Shown here piece by piece: positions 20,680 through 30,329 of a stretch of DNA of 64,000 nt; positions within the stretch are counted from its first letter, which is position 1, and the number at the start of each line of letters is the position of its first letter. Location: NCBI GenBank assembly GCA_016212185.1, contig JACRGX010000056.1, positions 31,240-95,239 of the forward strand. Direction: 5' to 3'. This DNA comes from Nitrospirota bacterium. GTDB taxonomy: Bacteria; Nitrospirota; Thermodesulfovibrionia; UBA6902; DSMQ01. The position numbers and the translations under genes are program-made. The notes beneath the pieces are model-generated. The model was not told the DNA's origin and did no database searches. It worked only from the letters and a program-made list of their open reading frames with translations.

Positions 20680-22161
20680 TCAAAACCAGTCTACTGAAAA
20701 TGCCGCCTTAATCGTAGCGAATAAGGTTTTGTTCCTGACAGAGTGTATAAACCTTCTCAAGATGTACTGCGGGTTTAAATAAAAATTCCGGTAAAATTTT
20801 TTCTGAAATTTCTCAATTATCTCCCACTCAAGCGAAGGATGCCTGTAGACTTCTTTGGGAGAAGTATATACATTATATTCTCTATAATCTCCCGGCGGTT
20901 TCAACAGGCCGAGTTCTCTGTATTTATTATGAAGGGGGGATCCCGGAAACGGCATAATGAGACTGGCCTTGGCAAAATCAAGAGGGAGGCTTCTGGCAAA
21001 TCTGACTGTATCCTGCATAGTATCTTCTGTGTCGTCAAGGAACCCGAACATAAAATATCCAAAGACTTCCAGCCCGGCTTTCTTTGCCATCTTTACTGCT
21101 GATTCAATCTGGGATAAAGTGATCTTCTTGCCCAAATTATCCAGGACACTCTGGTTTCCGCTTTCCATACCAAATGAAAGTCTGTAACAACCCGCTTTAC
21201 GCATCTTGACTAATAGCCCCGGAGTTACCCTATCCACTCTTATCCCGTTTATACAAGCCCAGGTGACAGATAAATTCCTGCTGATTAACCCGTCACATAT
21301 TTCTTCTGCACGTTTCATATTGGATGTAAAACCATCATCGGCTATCAAAAATTCTCTGACACCCATCTTATAATAAAACTCAATTTCATTAAGGACTCTG
21401 ACGGATGATTTCGGTCTGAACGTCTGCCCATGAACCACTTTATTGCAGATCATGCAGTCAAACGGACATCCCCTGCTTGTCTCTATCCACAAAACAGGAT
21501 TTTGCCGTGCATGCATATTGGGCAGATAATAATTTGATAAATCATAAAGAGAGTACTCAGGAAAGGGGAATTTGTCCAGATCTTTTAAAAAACCTGTACT
21601 CGGCCTTATATGAAGGCTGCCGTCATTTTTTTTAAAAGCCAGACCTTCTATGTCTTCAGGATTAATGCCATTAAGAAACTGCCTGAAAGATATTTCCGCT
21701 TCTCCTATAAAAAGGTAATCAAAGCAGTTATTGTTCAGAGTATCTTCAACTGTAGAACTTGCATGCGGGCCTCCAATCAATATCCTGGCGCCAGGCTGCT
21801 TTTTCCTGATAAATCTTGCTATTTCCAACACATGAAAATAAATAGCAGTTGTGCCGGTTAAACAAACATATGCCGGATTAGGCGATAATTTTCCCTCCAG
21901 TATTTTTTCAAAATTATCATAGAGGGTCAGATCTAATACCTCCGGAATATATCCGGATTCTTTAGCCGCAGCGCCTAAAATCGCAAAGGCCAGTGAAGGC
22001 AGATGAAAGGAGCCTACTTTGACAGAAACATTTTCATAGACCTTTTTTTCATCCGGTATTATAAATAGTATTTTTTTGTCGTCCATGTCTAGTTTTATAC
22101 TTATCTCATCCTTGAAAAAAGCTTGCCCCATAGCTTTATATTTATCTCTCTCGGCAGGCAT
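20680..22161 (-). CDS. B12-binding radical SAM protein
   Basis: N-terminal cobalamin-binding-like domain then TSRGCPFDCMICNK (CxxxCxxC). Confidence 0.8.
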   Translation of the reverse strand: MPAERDKYKAMGQAFFKDEISIKLDMDDKKILFIIPDEKKVYENVSVKVGSFHLPSLAFAILGAAAKESGYIPEVLDLTLYDNFEKILEGKLSPNPAYVCLTGTTAIYFHVLEIARFIRKKQPGARILIGGPHASSTVEDTLNNNCFDYLFIGEAEISFRQFLNGINPEDIEGLAFKKNDGSLHIRPSTGFLKDLDKFPFPEYSLYDLSNYYLPNMHARQNPVLWIETSRGCPFDCMICNKVVHGQTFRPKSSVRVLNEIEFYYKMGVREFLIADDGFTSNMKRAEEICDGLISRNLSVTWACINGIRVDRVTPGLLVKMRKAGCYRLSFGMESGNQSVLDNLGKKITLSQIESAVKMAKKAGLEVFGYFMFGFLDDTEDTMQDTVRFARSLPLDFAKASLIMPFPGSPLHNKYRELGLLKPPGDYREYNVYTSPKEVYRHPSLEWEIIEKFQKKFYRNFYLNPQYILRRFIHSVRNKTLFATIKAAFSVDWF

Positions 22162-23798
22162 CCTGCAAAAAACAGCAGAAGTTTTGTTTTCACTCCCAGA
22201 ATTACGACACTTCTCTTTTTATCAATAGCTTTCAATAGTCTATGCGCTACATATTCGGGCGTCAGTAGTCCTTTACCTTCATTAACAACTTTTACACCGG
22301 CTCCTTTTTGAAAATTCGTGAATGTGCCTGATGGCGAAAAAGTGATTACCTTATTTGTCTTTCTCAGTTCATAGGAAAGCGCCTCTGACCAGTTTGCCAG
22401 AAACGCTTTTGAAGCAGAATACAATGACATTCCGGGCAGAGGATTATACGCAACACTGCTTGCGACGTTGACAATCACGCTCCTGTTTTCAATTAAAGCA
22501 TCAAGCATTAATTTCGTAAAAATAACCGGATAAAATATATTTACATCTACCGTCTTTCTGATTTTTTCAAGGTCAATTTCACGCAGCGAGCCCCGGAAAC
22601 CAACGCCGGCATTGTTTACCAGACAGAATATTTTGTACTGTTTTACGTTATCTGCCAGTCTTTCAATTTCACCGTATCTGCCCAGGTCAGCCCTGAGGAC
22701 AGTCTGGTTTTTAAAGCTGTCAAGGTTATTTGTGTCTTTATCAATCAGAATCAGTTTCTTGTTCAGAGCGTTCAGCTTCCTTGCAAGCTCAAGCCCTATC
22801 CCGCTGTTTGCCCCTGTGATTACCCAATAGCCGTTATGTATATTCGTTGAGATAATTTCATCCGCACCGTCAATTAACCTCCTGACGCCGTCAATCTGAA
22901 AATCCTTTCTGAAATCCGCGTCTTCGGCATATAGATAATCCAGAAAAAGGTTTGAGACGGTTACCGGCAGTCTGTGATGAATTCTTTTAAACAAAAAATG
23001 AAGCGCCGGCATACTGATCTGTCCGGGCTTTCTGTTCCGGATCCTGCTGTAAATGATATTGAAAATATTTCCGATGGACAATGCCTCAGTCTCGGCAAAA
23101 TAAATCTTGTTTATGACTCTATCGTTATTGATGCACCTGACAAATGCCCGGCAGAGATCATCCGTATGTATCAAAGATACCTTGCCGGGAAAGCCCACCC
23201 GGGAAACAGGGCTGTTCTCGTACACCATAGATACGAATTTGTTGATATGCGAGTCTGCTCTCATATTTTTTCCATAAACCCAGGTTGGCCTGATTATTGT
23301 ATGCGGGATACCGCTTTTTTTAATATATTTTTCGGATTTTAATTTAGACTCCCCGTACAAAGACCTGGGGTTGGGAGAGCTCTTAACCGTCATAGGGTTA
23401 CTGCAATCATCGCCTTTGCTCCTGTCAACCGCCCCTATGGTGCTGACAAAGATAAAGTTCCTGAGGCTGCTACTCTTTTTAAGCAGGTCTACTATCTGAA
23501 CAGTGGGATCATAGTTAACCTTGTCATAATTAATGTCACTGCCAAAAACAGGATTTGCCGCAATATGGAAAAAGTATTCACACTGCAGTATTTCGTCTTT
23601 AAATTTTGTTATCTCTTCAAGGCTCCCGTTCAACTGTGTTATCCTGCTGTCGTCAAATAACGCCTTTTTCCGCACCAGCACAAAGCACCTGTCATCAGCT
23701 CCCATGGCAGGATACAGCTGCTCCATGAAGTTCTTTCCGATAAAACCAGTTGCACCTGTTATAAAAATATTCATTCTCTCCCGTCTCTGTCGTTCCAC
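22101..23798 (-). CDS. fusion of NAD-dependent epimerase/dehydratase domain and short-chain dehydrogenase (SDR) domain
   Basis: N-term IFITGATGFIGKNF and YGESK; C-term VITGANSGIGLELARKL and YSASK. Confidence 0.65.
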   Translation of the reverse strand: MERQRRERMNIFITGATGFIGKNFMEQLYPAMGADDRCFVLVRKKALFDDSRITQLNGSLEEITKFKDEILQCEYFFHIAANPVFGSDINYDKVNYDPTVQIVDLLKKSSSLRNFIFVSTIGAVDRSKGDDCSNPMTVKSSPNPRSLYGESKLKSEKYIKKSGIPHTIIRPTWVYGKNMRADSHINKFVSMVYENSPVSRVGFPGKVSLIHTDDLCRAFVRCINNDRVINKIYFAETEALSIGNIFNIIYSRIRNRKPGQISMPALHFLFKRIHHRLPVTVSNLFLDYLYAEDADFRKDFQIDGVRRLIDGADEIISTNIHNGYWVITGANSGIGLELARKLNALNKKLILIDKDTNNLDSFKNQTVLRADLGRYGEIERLADNVKQYKIFCLVNNAGVGFRGSLREIDLEKIRKTVDVNIFYPVIFTKLMLDALIENRSVIVNVASSVAYNPLPGMSLYSASKAFLANWSEALSYELRKTNKVITFSPSGTFTNFQKGAGVKVVNEGKGLLTPEYVAHRLLKAIDKKRSVVILGVKTKLLLFFAGCLPREINIKLWGKLFSRMR

Positions 23799-25015
23799 AA
23801 CCGCTGCGGAATATTTGAAGCCTTAGGCCATTTTTTCCCGTCTCTGTACCGGAATTCCCTTTCCTTTCCGTAAACATTATACTTGCGCTTAATCATATTT
23901 ATTGTCTCAAACAGCTCATCTTCTTCAACCGGCTTCAGCCCCGAAGCTCTGGCTTTAAACTGTAAGCGCACCCGTTCTCTGATAGTAGAAAATGATCTTG
24001 CGGAAAGGGTGATCTCCGGGAAACTTCCAAAATTACAGCCTGAACACTTATGTGTTATGCTTCTTACCTTCTCACGAAACTCCCGCGACTTAAAAATCTT
24101 CGGGAACTCAGGGTCAGACACGTATATGTCCTCCTTTAGTTTATAGTCACAGCATGGAGCAAACCGCCCGTCAGGCAGGATGACAAAATACAGATACGGG
24201 GAATCGCAGATCCCTTTATGCCGCCAGTCAGGACTGCCGGTGGTAATAAAATGATGCACTGAATCAAGGTAGTCGTCAGAATCAAACAGTTTAGCGCCCT
24301 CCCGTTTTTTCTTTTTCAGTCTTTCAATAAGCGCCCTGATTTTGGGAAAGTCTTTTTCATTAAAACTGAACAATTCATCATAACCCCTGAAATTCAGCGG
24401 AGCGTCAGGATTTGTGATATGTACCGGAACGAGGGACAGCCACCAGCCTATCTGTGTTGCAAAATCAAGCACTGCCTCTATTTCGTCAATATTATAACTT
24501 GACATAACACACCCCAGCGCACAGATGGAATCACTGCGGGGGAAGGTCCTTGATATAAATGATATTGTCCTGATTGCATTCCTCCATGACCCTTCTGCGC
24601 CGTTGATGTAGTCCGAGAGCCGCTCGTCCAGGGAATCCAGGCTCACATTAATATCCCTTGCGCCGTACTGGACGCATTTGCGGATTTTCTCCCTTTTTGA
24701 GTACAGCCCGGCAGTTTGAAGCCTTATGTCCAGCCCTCTTGATTTAAATATGCGAACTATTTCATCAATGTCGTCCCTTAAAAAAGGCTCCCCTCCGGTC
24801 AGCAAAACAACGCCTGCCCCTACCTTGACGAGATTATCGGCAATCATCCCAATATTTTCGGTTTTAAAAGGGTGGATATCGGCATTTGCCTCAACTATAT
24901 TGCACATCTTGCATTTCAGATAGCAGACGTTTGAAACATAGAACTGCACATAAAAAGGAGACCTTTTTGTCAGTAGCGCTTTTGCCATTGATAATTTAGT
25001 GCGGAAAGTAAACAT
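23771..25015 (-). CDS. radical SAM protein with SPASM-like C-terminal domain
   Basis: SNVCYLKCKMCNI CxxxCxxC; C-terminal APCCDYK...CSGCNFG cysteine clusters. Confidence 0.75.
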   Translation of the reverse strand: MFTFRTKLSMAKALLTKRSPFYVQFYVSNVCYLKCKMCNIVEANADIHPFKTENIGMIADNLVKVGAGVVLLTGGEPFLRDDIDEIVRIFKSRGLDIRLQTAGLYSKREKIRKCVQYGARDINVSLDSLDERLSDYINGAEGSWRNAIRTISFISRTFPRSDSICALGCVMSSYNIDEIEAVLDFATQIGWWLSLVPVHITNPDAPLNFRGYDELFSFNEKDFPKIRALIERLKKKKREGAKLFDSDDYLDSVHHFITTGSPDWRHKGICDSPYLYFVILPDGRFAPCCDYKLKEDIYVSDPEFPKIFKSREFREKVRSITHKCSGCNFGSFPEITLSARSFSTIRERVRLQFKARASGLKPVEEDELFETINMIKRKYNVYGKEREFRYRDGKKWPKASNIPQRLWNDRDGRE

Positions 25016-25017
25016 TT

Positions 25018-26427
25018 TTATGAACTCAATACGGATTTAAGCTTGACAAACAACGCCCTGCCGCCGCGCTTTTTAAGAACAAACTCCCTGAAAAGCCTCT
25101 TGAGCGGTTTTAGTCTTAAATAAAATTTCATATACGCATATCTCTGCAGCTGTTTCAGCTTCTCAGGGGAAACAAGACTGTTCCTAAAAATCACCTTGTC
25201 AGGCTTCATATCGTCCCAGTTGATTCTGTCTATCTCAAGCGCCCCGCCTGCAACAAGTTCATCAAATATCTCAGAACCGGGCAGGGGCATGAAAATTGAA
25301 AAATTCGTTTTATCAATATCAAGCTCAATCGCAAAATCAATGGTCTTCCTTATATCCTCTTCTGTCTCATCCGGAAAGCCGACCATAAAAAGCCCCTGAG
25401 GAACAACCTTTGAGCGTTTTACCATAGCGACTTTTTCCCGTATCACTTCAGTTGAAATATTCTTCTTCATGCTCTTCAGTATCCTGTTGTTTCCGCTTTC
25501 TATGCCGACAGAGATATACCGGCAGCCGGCCTTGTACATAATATCAAGAACTTCATCGTCCAGCGTATCAAGTCTTACGCCGTTGGAACATTCCCATTTC
25601 AGATTTAGTCCGCTTTTTATTAAACCTTTGCAAAGATCAATAAAATAATTACGGTTCAGTGTCAGCTCATCATCACTGAAATTAAAACCCTCAATTTTAT
25701 GAGTTTCCTTAAGAAACCGCAGTTCATCAATAACATTTTCTACTGAACGATATCTCATTTTGCGCCCCACAATAGAATGGGCTGCGCAATATTTACACTG
25801 GAAAGGGCATCCTCTCGTTGCCATAACCGGAATAAAAGGCAGTGATGTGAGAAAGTCAGGATAGTCTTCAATACTGACGTCTTCCCACTGGATGCGCGGC
25901 AGTCTGTCAAGCTCATCAACTGCCACACATTTGTTTTGTACAACACCTTTTTCCCTTCTGTAGGCAATGTTCGGAGCTTCCAGCAGCGGCTTCCCTGCAA
26001 GAACCTTTTCACAAAAAACGGGAAACCCCGCCTCCCCCTCTCCTCTGAAGACATAATCTATCCCCGGCATATCTTCAAGAATATATTCCGGCAGGCATGT
26101 AGGATGAGGTCCGCCTGCAACAGTTACACATTCAGGAAGAACCTGTTTTGCAATCAATGACATCCTTTTTACTGAATTATGGTCCACAGAGAACATTTTA
26201 AACCCGATAGTCTTTATATGAAGGTTTGCCTGAAGTATCTCCCTGAATTTTTCTTCGGTTATACCGTCTTTAGGGCAGTGCATTATTGTTGAAACAATAC
26301 CCTTAGCCTTTAGTGCGCTGTAAATATGAAGAAGTCCGAGGTCTATCGTGATACCGGAATAACCCTTCCTGACCGGCACAACCAGCAAAATGTCTGATGT
26401 AATTTTATTATTCCCCTGCTGAAACAT
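25018..26427 (-). CDS. B12-binding radical SAM protein
   Basis: N-terminal B12-binding-like domain; ATRGCPFQCKYCAAH CxxxCxxC. Confidence 0.8.
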   Translation of the reverse strand: MFQQGNNKITSDILLVVPVRKGYSGITIDLGLLHIYSALKAKGIVSTIMHCPKDGITEEKFREILQANLHIKTIGFKMFSVDHNSVKRMSLIAKQVLPECVTVAGGPHPTCLPEYILEDMPGIDYVFRGEGEAGFPVFCEKVLAGKPLLEAPNIAYRREKGVVQNKCVAVDELDRLPRIQWEDVSIEDYPDFLTSLPFIPVMATRGCPFQCKYCAAHSIVGRKMRYRSVENVIDELRFLKETHKIEGFNFSDDELTLNRNYFIDLCKGLIKSGLNLKWECSNGVRLDTLDDEVLDIMYKAGCRYISVGIESGNNRILKSMKKNISTEVIREKVAMVKRSKVVPQGLFMVGFPDETEEDIRKTIDFAIELDIDKTNFSIFMPLPGSEIFDELVAGGALEIDRINWDDMKPDKVIFRNSLVSPEKLKQLQRYAYMKFYLRLKPLKRLFREFVLKKRGGRALFVKLKSVLSS

Positions 26428-26432
26428 GATTT

Positions 26433-28898
26433 TTAATAAACGTTTTCTGTTTTTCTTTTCTCAAAAATCATAATAACGATAAAAATAATAAATCCGCAGG
26501 CTGAGATAACAGTCCATCCCCAATAATGCCTGAGGCTGTACTGAATCACAGCCTTTTCTGTCATATCAATGTCAACTATCCTGAACGGTCCGTTAGATAA
26601 TGGAAAATCAACACGCGATTTATTCTCCTTAACAACTTCCCATCTCCCTTCCGCGGGAATATTGGTCAGGGGAAAACTGATATTTCTGTGATATTCCAGA
26701 GGGTGGTTCATAAAAAGGGCGCCTCCCGTGCCTCTCAAATCAGGCGGCGCAGAGACCTCCCACCTGATATTGGAACTGCGTGAAAAATTCAATTTGCGTT
26801 TAAGCCTGTCTAAAACCAAAAAATCATAAACTGCTTTTTGGGAGCCTCTTGCTAATCCCTGAATAGTCTCTTTCAAAAACCTGCTGTCCGCCCCAGGGAA
26901 ATAAGTTATGTCAGGCCATGGTTCACCAAGCTCATACAGGCGCAGTCCACTGGTCTGTTTTATTTTCTTTGCCCCGATGTCATTTATTTCACGGTCTGTA
27001 AAAAGATATTTTACCCCAAGCGCCCTGAAGAGGCTTTTTGCAGAAATAACCATACTTGAATCTTTTTCAGATATCACTTTTTCAGAGCATATCCAGTTTA
27101 CCTCCATGAGATTTACGCCTTTTTTATTCAGTTCTTCAATATCATTAAGCGGCGCCCAGAAGCACCTCATCTCGGTAAAAATGCCTGTATCCGTAGGGCC
27201 GTCAAATGTGCTGAAACCCGCTAATGTAGCCTCATTGCGATACCACTGGTGTCCGGCAGAGCCGCAGTCTTCCAGGGTCAGCGCCTTATCCCTGTTTTTT
27301 ATTTCAATGCCGGAAAAAATCGGATGTCTTAAAACATCATATTTAGAAAGAAGGTCCGGCCTCTGAAACTGGTAAATTAAGAGGTAGCCGATTCCAATAA
27401 GAAGCACCAGCAGGAGCTGTGCCCTGGAAGTGTTCTTTGAAGAACTGCTGTAAACATTGAGGCGCCAGAAAGAAAAAAAAAAGATTGATATCAGTAATCC
27501 AAGTCCGGTAGTAAAAAACCGCTCCTCATGATTATGGATTAGCCCTGCGAATTCAGGCAGTTTGCCGGGCAATGCCCTCACTAACTCAGGTGAAAGCATC
27601 TGCAAAACAGAAACTGACCAGTAGACAGCATTTGCCAGGAGTACAACAGCAAGGACCAGCAATATAATTTTCATAAAATTCTTACCTGCTTTCTCCTTGT
27701 TGTTTTTAAAATATTCCGACAGCCATGCGATAAGAATAAAGCCAAACAGATTGGCAAAAAAAAGCATACGGAATAATGCATTATTAGAATATTTCATTCC
27801 CGGCATTACGCTGCGGAATATCGCCTGAAGACCCTCAAAACTCGTAATCAAAAAGGCGGCTACCCAGAAATATATCATCGCAATTATCCCTACAGGGAAA
27901 TTTTTCAATAAAGACAGATACAGCAGGATAGGGAGTATAAACAAAAAAGGGACATAAGCGTTATTGCCCAATCCAAAAACACTCAGCGAACTTATCACGG
28001 CATTCAAGTTGTTCCACGGCGCATAGCTTGAATAACTTGGGGCTACAGGCTCCCTGACAAGATAGCTCTCCAGAAGTATGGGCCCGAGGAAAAAAGAGCA
28101 AAAAAGAACTGCGGAGGAATAGCATGCAACGCCTCTTGCGATACGGCTGACCCTCTCCTTCCTTGGTATCGTGGAGTGCAAAACAAAGGCAACAGAAATC
28201 ACAACAAGGAATAAAGATATAAAAAGAAGTACTGAAAGAAAATTAGTGATAATTGAAAGGCTTAAAAAAATAAAAAGCAGGGACAAATAAAATGGGTTTC
28301 TGTGCTGCAGATATAAATAATATGCCAGAGTTATATATAACCCTGAATATAGGATTCCCGGTTGATGCGTATGAGCGTAAAAATGAAGTGACAGCGGAGT
28401 AAATAACCCGAATATCATAACCATAAACGTCCAGACAGGTGAAATTTGCAAAGTTCTGCACCAGAACAAAAACCCCAGCATCCCGTAATTCAGCAATAGA
28501 AATATCTGCACCCCCTTTGCAATATGGTCATCTGAAATGACAAGCCAGGGCAAATGGAAGGGAGAGAGGTAGCTGTATATCATTGAATCTTCCTGTGATA
28601 CCCCTCCAAAAGTCCTTTCGTTCCAGAATGGCAAATCACCTTTAAGAATGCTCTCTCTGTAAAACCTGAGAAATATGCGCTCCTGGTCAAAGAAGTCTCT
28701 CTGACCATACTGGTTGCGGAGCGTCATAGCCTCATGCACCTGCCCCGAAGATGCAAATGTGCCTGTGTACAAAACCTCTTTTGGGGCATAGGCGTACCTG
28801 CCTGAAAGATACGGCAATGCTGTCAGGATAATTATGATTTCAATCAATATGACAATTTTTACGAGTTCGCTGTTTTTATTGAACATTCTTAAGCTCAC
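26433..28898 (-). CDS. large polytopic membrane protein, YfhO/GT-C-like glycosyltransferase (putative)
   Basis: 821 aa; N-terminal about 450 aa multi-TM region plus soluble C-terminal domain, typical of GT-C enzymes. Confidence 0.4.
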   Translation of the reverse strand: MSLRMFNKNSELVKIVILIEIIIILTALPYLSGRYAYAPKEVLYTGTFASSGQVHEAMTLRNQYGQRDFFDQERIFLRFYRESILKGDLPFWNERTFGGVSQEDSMIYSYLSPFHLPWLVISDDHIAKGVQIFLLLNYGMLGFLFWCRTLQISPVWTFMVMIFGLFTPLSLHFYAHTHQPGILYSGLYITLAYYLYLQHRNPFYLSLLFIFLSLSIITNFLSVLLFISLFLVVISVAFVLHSTIPRKERVSRIARGVACYSSAVLFCSFFLGPILLESYLVREPVAPSYSSYAPWNNLNAVISSLSVFGLGNNAYVPFLFILPILLYLSLLKNFPVGIIAMIYFWVAAFLITSFEGLQAIFRSVMPGMKYSNNALFRMLFFANLFGFILIAWLSEYFKNNKEKAGKNFMKIILLVLAVVLLANAVYWSVSVLQMLSPELVRALPGKLPEFAGLIHNHEERFFTTGLGLLISIFFFSFWRLNVYSSSSKNTSRAQLLLVLLIGIGYLLIYQFQRPDLLSKYDVLRHPIFSGIEIKNRDKALTLEDCGSAGHQWYRNEATLAGFSTFDGPTDTGIFTEMRCFWAPLNDIEELNKKGVNLMEVNWICSEKVISEKDSSMVISAKSLFRALGVKYLFTDREINDIGAKKIKQTSGLRLYELGEPWPDITYFPGADSRFLKETIQGLARGSQKAVYDFLVLDRLKRKLNFSRSSNIRWEVSAPPDLRGTGGALFMNHPLEYHRNISFPLTNIPAEGRWEVVKENKSRVDFPLSNGPFRIVDIDMTEKAVIQYSLRHYWGWTVISACGFIIFIVIMIFEKRKTENVY

Positions 28899-28919
28899 TG
28901 CAGATAAATTCTGGAAACC

Positions 28920-29738
28920 CTATTTGCCGGCTTTAGCTCTGAGCCGCTCGTGTGCAATCCTCTGCTGAACACCGGCATTTATCGCCTTCAGTTCCGGATT
29001 TTCTGAAACCAGCTTTATGGCTTCAAGGGATGAAAACGCAGGATTACGATGATAAAGCATATTGTATATTCGGGACATCAACTCATAGTCTTCAGGCGTA
29101 TCAACTGTAAAGCGCAGTTCAGGATGTCTCCATTCAATGTATTTCCCTTCCGCCTGAAAATCACCGAGTTTATATTTGCCGTCTGTACGGTTATATATTC
29201 CGTAGGTTCCGTGCTCCCGGATTTTAATGTCTTTTATTTCCTCAGAAACATCAAGAATTATTCCCGCCCTGATGACCTGGACCGAGATGCCCGCAGGGAA
29301 TGTACGTTCAGCCATCCACTTATCCGAATGGTGCATATGCGTGCTGGCTGCATAATCATACCCCTTGCTGAAGAAAAAACTGACCATGTCGTCAATAAGC
29401 ACGGGGTCTATCAGCGGATTATCGCCGGTAAGGCTGACGACTACATCAGGGGTATATTTTTTTATTGCGCCTGCAAGCCTGTCCAGCACATCTTCCTCGC
29501 TTCCCCTGTAATAGTCTGTGCCGAGTTCTTCTGCAAGATGAACAAGGACGTCATCCCTTTTCTCCGTAGTAGTAGCCAAGACCACCCGGTCAATACTTCC
29601 GGCTCCGGCAGCCCTCTCAAAAACACGCTGAAGCATAGGGGCGCCTGCAAGCGGTTTTAATACTTTTCCGGGAAGGCGCGTAGAGCCCATCCGGGCTTCA
29701 ATGGTTGCTATTATTTTTTTTTGGACTGCCATCGGCAT
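28920..29738 (-). CDS. cytidylyltransferase (SpsF/PseF/acylneuraminate cytidylyltransferase family)
   Basis: KIIATIEARMGSTRLPGKVLKPLAGAPML N-terminal signature. Confidence 0.75.
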   Translation of the reverse strand: MPMAVQKKIIATIEARMGSTRLPGKVLKPLAGAPMLQRVFERAAGAGSIDRVVLATTTEKRDDVLVHLAEELGTDYYRGSEEDVLDRLAGAIKKYTPDVVVSLTGDNPLIDPVLIDDMVSFFFSKGYDYAASTHMHHSDKWMAERTFPAGISVQVIRAGIILDVSEEIKDIKIREHGTYGIYNRTDGKYKLGDFQAEGKYIEWRHPELRFTVDTPEDYELMSRIYNMLYHRNPAFSSLEAIKLVSENPELKAINAGVQQRIAHERLRAKAGK

Positions 29739-29783
29739 CAGGAATTGTTCTCAATGCCTTCCTGACATTGCATATTGGTGAGG

Positions 29784-30323
29784 TTATTTCTGCTTTTTTA
29801 TCACTGCTAAACGAACTACATCGGTAAAAAGACCGTTTCTCAGAAAATGATCCCTGAATATCCCTTCCTCAACAAAGCCTGCTTTCTTATATGCCCTGAT
29901 TGCGGCCTCATTATGGGCATTAACACCGAGACCTATCCTGTGAAGGTTCAGCTTATTAAATGCATGTGCCGCCAATAAATTTATCGCCTCGGTTCCATAG
30001 CCCTTTAATTGAGCATCTTTTTCACCTATCAAAATTGCCAGCTCGGCGCGCCTGTGAATCCAGTTTATCTCATGCAGACCGATATTCCCTATATGACGGT
30101 CGGTTGATTTTTCATGTATACAGAAAACCACGTCGTTTTTGTGTCCGCTGACGCGTTTATAAAAAACCCTCATCTTCTCCTTTGTATTCGGCCACATGGC
30201 GTGACTTGTATAGAGGTCATTGTCATGGTCGTTGAGCCACTGGAAGTATCTGTCATTATTCAGGTCAGACTCTTCAATCCCCCGGAGATAGACCTTATTG
30301 CCGATTAAAAAAGGATCCTTCAT
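29784..30323 (-). CDS. GNAT family N-acetyltransferase (RimL/PseH-like)
   Basis: 179 aa; NIGLHEINWIHRRAELAILIGEKDAQLKGYGTEA acetyl-CoA binding motif region. Confidence 0.75.
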   Translation of the reverse strand: MKDPFLIGNKVYLRGIEESDLNNDRYFQWLNDHDNDLYTSHAMWPNTKEKMRVFYKRVSGHKNDVVFCIHEKSTDRHIGNIGLHEINWIHRRAELAILIGEKDAQLKGYGTEAINLLAAHAFNKLNLHRIGLGVNAHNEAAIRAYKKAGFVEEGIFRDHFLRNGLFTDVVRLAVIKKQK

Positions 30324-30329
30324 AATTTT

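Noticed and set aside
29049-29660. 203-aa plus-strand ORF
   Set aside because: Lies antisense within the well-supported cytidylyltransferase gene 28920-29738; low-complexity shadow ORF.
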